A stretch of DNA of 57,314 nt from Girardia tigrina. Lineage: Eukaryota. Within the stretch, counting starts at the first letter, position 1; the number at the start of each line of letters is the position of its first letter. The position numbers and the translations under genes were made by a program. The notes beneath the pieces are model-generated. The model was not told the DNA's origin. It ran no database searches and saw nothing but the letters and a program-made list of their open reading frames with translations. Below are positions 51,286-57,314 of this stretch, in pieces. The stretch is from contig MQRK01170105.1 in assembly GCA_001938485.1 (NCBI GenBank), positions 1 to 57,314 of the forward strand, read 5' to 3'.

Positions 51286-52261
51286 NNNNNNNNNNNNNNN
51301 NNNNNNNNNNNNNNNNNNNNNNNNNNNNNNNNNNNNNNNNNNNNNNNNNNNNNNNNNNNNNNNNNNNNNNNNNNNNNNNNNNNNNNNNNNNNNNNNNNNN
51401 NNNNNNNNNNNNNNNNNNNNNNNNNNNNNNNNNNNNNNNNNNNNNNNNNNNNNNNNNNNNNNNNNNNNNNNNNNNNNNNNNNNNNNNNNNNNNNNNNNNN
51501 NNNNNNNNNNNNNNNNNNNNNNNNNNNNNNNNNNNNNNNNNNNNNNNNNNNNNNNNNNNNNNNNNNNNNNNNNNNNNNNNNNNNNNNNNNNNNNNNNNNN
51601 NNNNNNNNNNNNNNNNNNNNNNNNNNNNNNNNNNNNNNNNNNNNNNNNNNNNNNNNNNNNNNNNNNNNNNNNNNNNNNNNNNNNNNNNNNNNNNNNNNNN
51701 NNNNNNNNNNNNNNNNNNNNNNNNNNNNNNNNNNNNNNNNNNNNNNNNNNNNNNNNNNNNNNNNNNNNNNNNNNNNNNNNNNNNNNNNNNNNNNNNNNNN
51801 NNNNNNNNNNNNNNNNNNNNNNNNNNNNNNNNNNNNNNNNNNNNNNNNNNNNNNNNNNNNNNNNNNNNNNNNNNNNNNNNNNNNNNNNNNNNNNNNNNNN
51901 NNNNNNNNNNNNNNNNNNNNNNNNNNNNNNNNNNNNNNNNNNNNNNNNNNNNNNNNNNNNNNNNNNNNNNNNNNNNNNNNNNNNNNNNNNNNNNNNNNNN
52001 NNNNNNNNNNNNNNNNNNNNNNNNNNNNNNNNNNNNNNNNNNNNNNNNNNNNNNNNNNNNNNNNNNNNNNNNNNNNNNNNNNNNNNNNNNNNNNNNNNNN
52101 NNNNNNNNNNNNNNNNNNNNNNNNNNNNNNNNNNNNNNNNNNNNTTTTTCTTAATTTTAAGGAAAAGTGAAATAAAGTTATTTTCATCCAATAATTTATT
52201 GGATAAATTTAATTTATTTTCGGCAAGCTACCATATAGTGTACTTGCGTAGTGTAATTTGT

Positions 52262-52302
52262 GAACTGATGATGGGATTTTTATTATCTCGAAACGCGTCG
52301 TC
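52262..52302 (+). ncRNA. Minimal hammerhead ribozyme motif (GUC triplet)
   Basis: CUGAUGA-U-GGGAU(UUUUAUU)AUCUC-GAAA-CGCG-UC|GUC. Stem I is imperfect (GAA versus GUC). Confidence 0.65.
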
Positions 52303-54324
52303 TTGTTTTTATCCCTATTATATAGATTTTACTTTGCAATGTATATATATATATATATATACAACTCGTCTGGAACTACCATAAAAATAGTTTCATTACA
52401 TTAAGTTCTAATTTAATACGTTTTCAGTGAAAACTTCATTACAAAATATCATTAAAGTATTTTTTTAAGAATATATTCTATTTTATTAAGTAATATTAAA
52501 CTCAAAGTTTTTTTTGGTTTTTGTGAGTTTAATTAAGATAAAAAGTTTTTTTGACTAAAATCAAATTTCAAAAAAGTAATTAATCAAAATAATTAATTAA
52601 TTATAATTAATTAAAAATCTTTAAAAAAATTCATCAAATAATTATAATAATTAAGTAATGTATTTTGATTTATATAAAAAACTTTATTGAGTGAAATTTC
52701 AACTAATGAATTCCTAATATTCATTCAATATTTGATTTATTAATTTATTTTTGACATTTATGGATAGAATATAAATTTTTGTTTAATAATTGAATTTGAT
52801 TGTTTTTACTATAAATTTTATAGGAAAATATATAAATCAAAATCGGAATCAAATATTTTCATAAAACTGTCAAAGATTTTTTATGACATTATCGATTAAT
52901 GGACGGAAAAAATAAGTAATTAAAAAGAATAAAGAAAATATATAAATAAATTATTTGAAATAATAATTCTTAATTCTTGAGATTATTGCTAATAAATCTA
53001 AAAAGACCAAATAATTAATATTTATTGAATGATTTTAATGAAATTCGCGCGAAAATCTTCTTGAATAGATTATCAAATAAATTTTTGATGAAATATTTTT
53101 TTTTATTTTATTTTTTCTTAAAATATCTATAAATATTTAATAGTAAATAAATATTAATTTTGTCAATTATTCGATGTAAATTAAAATAAAAGTAAATATT
53201 TTTTATATCTTATATATTAAAAAAATATTATTTTGATAATAACGTCTTGAAATAATTCAAATTACAAATCTTTAATTTATTTAATTGAATAGATTTAAAG
53301 GTTTAAATGGTTGCTTGAATGAAATTTAAATAAAAATTATATTAAAAATATATGAAGAAAATATTCCTTTTTATTCTATTAAAAATTAATTTAAAAGGTA
53401 TTAAAATTTATAGATAATTTAAAATAGAATTTTCAATTAAAAAAATATTACTATTTGTATATTAATATTTCAATATTCTATATTTTAGACAAAAAAATAG
53501 TTTTGGCTTTTTACAAATTATATTAATTATCGAAAAATTTTCTTCATTTAAAAAAATTTAAAAAAATTAATTTGAATATTTTAGAAAATAATAAAACGTG
53601 TTTTTTATTGAATAATTCTTGTGGAAAATTAATTTTTTTTCAATTTTTATTTCTTTCCCTTTAAAAGAAAAAAAATTAAAAACAAATTTATTGAAAGATA
53701 TTTACAAATTAATAGAATACTTTATTATTATTTTTCATTTAAATGATTTTTTCAATTTTGAATGGGAAACAGGATTTCTTTTGTTGAAATTTTTATTATT
53801 CTTGTCCAATTAGTATATGTTTTTTTTAGATTTCATGAAGTTAGATTCCATTCAATTCTTTTATTAAATATTTATTCACAAAATTAACTTATATAAATAA
53901 CAATAAACAATCAACGTTTTATGATGGCAAATAATAGTTTTCTGTTAATTGAAAGAATGGGGAAAATGAAAGAAGAAATTCAAAAAGCTTTTCTTAGTGG
54001 AAATAAAAAATATTAAAACTTTTTAAATTTTAAAAAATATTTTTTTTTAATTGAACTTTATTATTAATCTTACTGTATTAAAAAAATATGTAAATAAATA
54101 TTTAATACCCATTAAGATCTAAAACTATTTTGTTTTTTTAAGTGTTTTCCAATCTATTATTTCGTTATTGCAATCAATTATGACATAAATAGAATAGTTT
54201 AAAAAAAATAAATTTAAACGAGTTGTGATTATTATTTGTTTAAGTATTCTAAAAAGATTGTAAATAATAAATAAATTCTACTTGTTGTTATTATGAATTC
54301 TGAAGTGAAACCTGGAGATTTAAC

Positions 54325-57166
54325 TGGCGATCACGCTGGTGTTCCAATAAAAGTTTTGAGGCTTCCTAAACTAGAACTTCCATCAATCTTTAAGGAAACC
54401 CTCAAGAAGAAAATGAAGGAGTACAATGGAGTTGATTCTGAAGAAGGTCAAATATGATATAGAGACATATGTCAATGCTCAGAATTTGTTGGATTAACAT
54501 TCTCGGAAATGTGTAACTATTTGTTGATAGACGAAGCGAAAATTCTTTGTGGGAATGCAACAGAAGAGGGTAAGAAACCAATGTCAGATGTGGAATCCAA
54601 AAATTGGTTCCAGAAAACATTTATAAAGAAAGTATCGCTGTTGGAAGAATTGGACAAACTAAGCCAAATCTCTCAAGGTGAGAATGAAAGATTCTTAACA
54701 TTCGAATTAAGGGTTCGAAAAACAATTGAAAATTTTAGGAAACACAGCGATGAAGAAATTTTGAATGAACTTTTGAAAGAGCGGATAAAATCTCAAGTTC
54801 TGAAGGATCGATTTGTTTTCAAACCTAACATATCGGTGGACGAAATGAGAGCGGAAGCTAAGATTTATGAGGACAACATATTAAAATAAGAAAGAAATGA
54901 TGTTTTAGCCGTCAAAACATCGAACTCAGAAATGGCAAAGAAAAACAAATATCAAGTTAGAAGATATGAGAATTCTGAACATAAAAGAAATACAGCTCGA
55001 TTGAATGAATCAAACGATAGACAACCAATATTAAGAACGGAACGTGGAATATTATCGGAAAAATTTAATAAAAGTAATGAGAAAGAATACAGTAGAATGT
55101 CAGACGATAAACAACAATATAATCGCCCAGTGCATTCGGCTTGGTATGAAACAAGGAAGTTATATTACAAAATAAAGAGACCTCCGACTCCAGAAGAGGA
55201 GCATTTAACCAGAGGGGATTGTTATTGCTGTGGAAAACATGGGCATTTGAGGATAGATTGTCCTTTAAATAATCTTTTTTTAATGTGTGAAAAAAGTAGA
55301 TTCAGAAACTGTAATCATATTAAGAATGTTAATGTAGTATGCATCAAAGATGTGTAAAATGAAGACAACATGTATATCGTATCATATAAAGATGAATATG
55401 AAGATGATGTAAAAGCCAGAGACTCCATGGTGAGCATTTTGTCTGTGGAGTCGGCATAAAATATCCAATAAATCGAATTGCAGAGATAGTAGAGGGATCA
55501 GATGGTAGATTGTGGAGCGATGTTAGGCCGGACAATCACAATGTATTAATTTTTGGGATAGTGGAGCGGGTGTTTCGGTTATTAGTGAGAAGGTTTGGTT
55601 GGAAATCGAACAACCCAGATTAGAAAAGAGCGAATTATACGAAATGGGGCGTTTTCAGAAGGCCATAAGTTTTTGGGAAAAATGACAGTGAAGTTGAAAT
55701 TGAAAGAAGAATGCCATGCGGTAGATTTTTTAGTGGTGAAAGCAATCCGACCGGCAGTCATTGGAGGTGTTAATGTCATGCATAAATTCGGAATCAAAAT
55801 TGAAAAAAACTACCAAGAAGTCAGTTGTTACAGTGGAAAAAGATATGAAACTGCAAGAGCAAAACAAATGACTGGAAGAGCTTGTAAAACGATATGCTGA
55901 TGTTTTCATGAAACATGAATACGATTTGGGATTTACGGATATTGTGGTCCATAAAATTGAAACAGAAGGTAAACTGATTTTTCTGAATCCAAGAAGGTAA
56001 TCAATTCACTTAGAAAGTCAAATCGAAGGATTTCTGAAAGGATTAGAAAAGGCAGGAATAATTCGGAAATGTAAAAGTGAATGGAACTTCCTGTTAGTCA
56101 TTACGCCAAAGAAAGATGGAGGTATTCGAATTTGTTTAGATTTCAGAAAATTGAATGATGTAACAAAGAAAGTTTCCTTTCCAATGCCAGACAGCCAAAT
56201 GTTAATGGATGCTCTGGGTGGCTTCAGATTTTTTTCCAGTATAGATCTAGGCAAAGCATACCATCAAGTAGCATTGGATGAAAGTTCTCAAGAAAAGACT
56301 ACGTTTTACACAAGAACACAGAAGCATTGTTTTAACCGTGTACCGTTTTGACTTCCAACAGCACCCGGAACGTTTCAGAGAATAATGAATTCATTATTCG
56401 AAGATTTACTATTCTCTGGAGTAGTAATATACCTAGACGATGTCTTAATTTACTCAAAATCAATGAAGGATCATATGAGATTATTAGAAGAAGTACTGAA
56501 TAAACTGAAGAAAGCAGGTTTAAAAGTCAATCCAGGGAAATGCAAATTCGGAGTGGGGGAGCTGGTATTTCTGGGACATACAATTAACAAAGAAGGTATC
56601 TCAACAAATAAATTGAAAGTTGCAAAAATTCAAAATTTTCGATTCCAAAGTGTACTCGAAATTTACGAGTATTTTTAGGTCTGTGTAACTACTATCGACA
56701 ATTTATCAAGAATTATGCAGAATTAGCAGCACCTTTGCACAGTGCGTGCAGCGAAAAATGTAATAATATTTTAATTTTTTTTAAGAAATATTTTGGTCAA
56801 ACGAGTGCGATAGAAGTTTTAACGAATTGAAGCAAAAGCTATGTGGTGCACCAATATTAGCATTTGTGAACCCGAATAATAATTTCATCTTAGACACAGA
56901 TGCATCATTCGGATCGATAGGAGCAGTTCTTAGTCAGATATCAGAAGAGAGAGAAGTAGTAATCTCGTATGCATCGAGGACTTTAACCACACATGAAAAA
57001 GGGTACTGTGTTACAAGAAAGGAACTATTAGCTTAACAAGAGTTCATGTTACATTTCAAACAATATTTATATGGGAAGCGATTTACAGCAAGAACTGATC
57101 GTAAAGCACTGATGTATATGAAGAGTACTTCCAAACCAATAACTCCTCAATTCCAGACATGGTTAG
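54325..57166 (+). mobile_element. Decayed Ty3/gypsy retrotransposon: gag, protease, RT and RNase H
   Basis: Possible PBS tggcga.. at 54325. Gag with CYCCGKHGHLRIDC knuckle. Protease DSGAGVSVI at ~55557. RT SIDLGKAYHQV and VIYLDDVLI. RNase H FILDTDASFGSIGAVLSQ and YCVTRKELLA. Similarity stops abruptly at ~57166. Confidence 0.92.
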
Positions 57167-57314
57167 TGTAATATATTAATTTTAATTAATGCATCGTGGT
57201 GTGATTGTTTTCCTTTGCGGATTCTCGTTCTGAGTTGCGTGTGTGTCTTCGTTAGATTTTTTTTTAGTTAAGAACACGGACATGTCAATCTTAGACAAAT
57301 TTTATATATAAGAA

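Overview
Very AT-rich eukaryotic (metazoan) genomic DNA with three N gaps. A freshwater planarian is a plausible source given the base composition and element repertoire, but that is inference only. One host gene is supported: a 7-cadherin-repeat protocadherin whose signal peptide, ectodomain and TM segment lie in one 2.66-kb exon (38413-41076). Its cytoplasmic tail is presumably spliced to exons I could not identify. The rest is mostly decayed transposons: Tc1, two mariner relics, pogo/Tigger relics, hAT- and pogo-type MITEs, an RTE-like LINE 3' end with three C2H2 fingers, Ty3/gypsy relics, and many Penelope-like (GIY-YIG) fragments, several arranged as inverted repeats. The most interesting signals are at the RNA level. 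(1) A 353-bp GC-rich non-coding retro-insertion with a perfect 12-bp TSD, whose first nucleotide is G1 of an HDV-like ribozyme fold. (2) Several minimal hammerhead ribozyme motifs, some inside Penelope repeats and two orphan. (3) An unassigned motif in four diverged copies (GGGCCCAGCA...UGYUACCUCC followed by a GNRA-capped hairpin and ACA/AUA) with a conserved fold, which I cannot match to a known family. All folds were made by eye.
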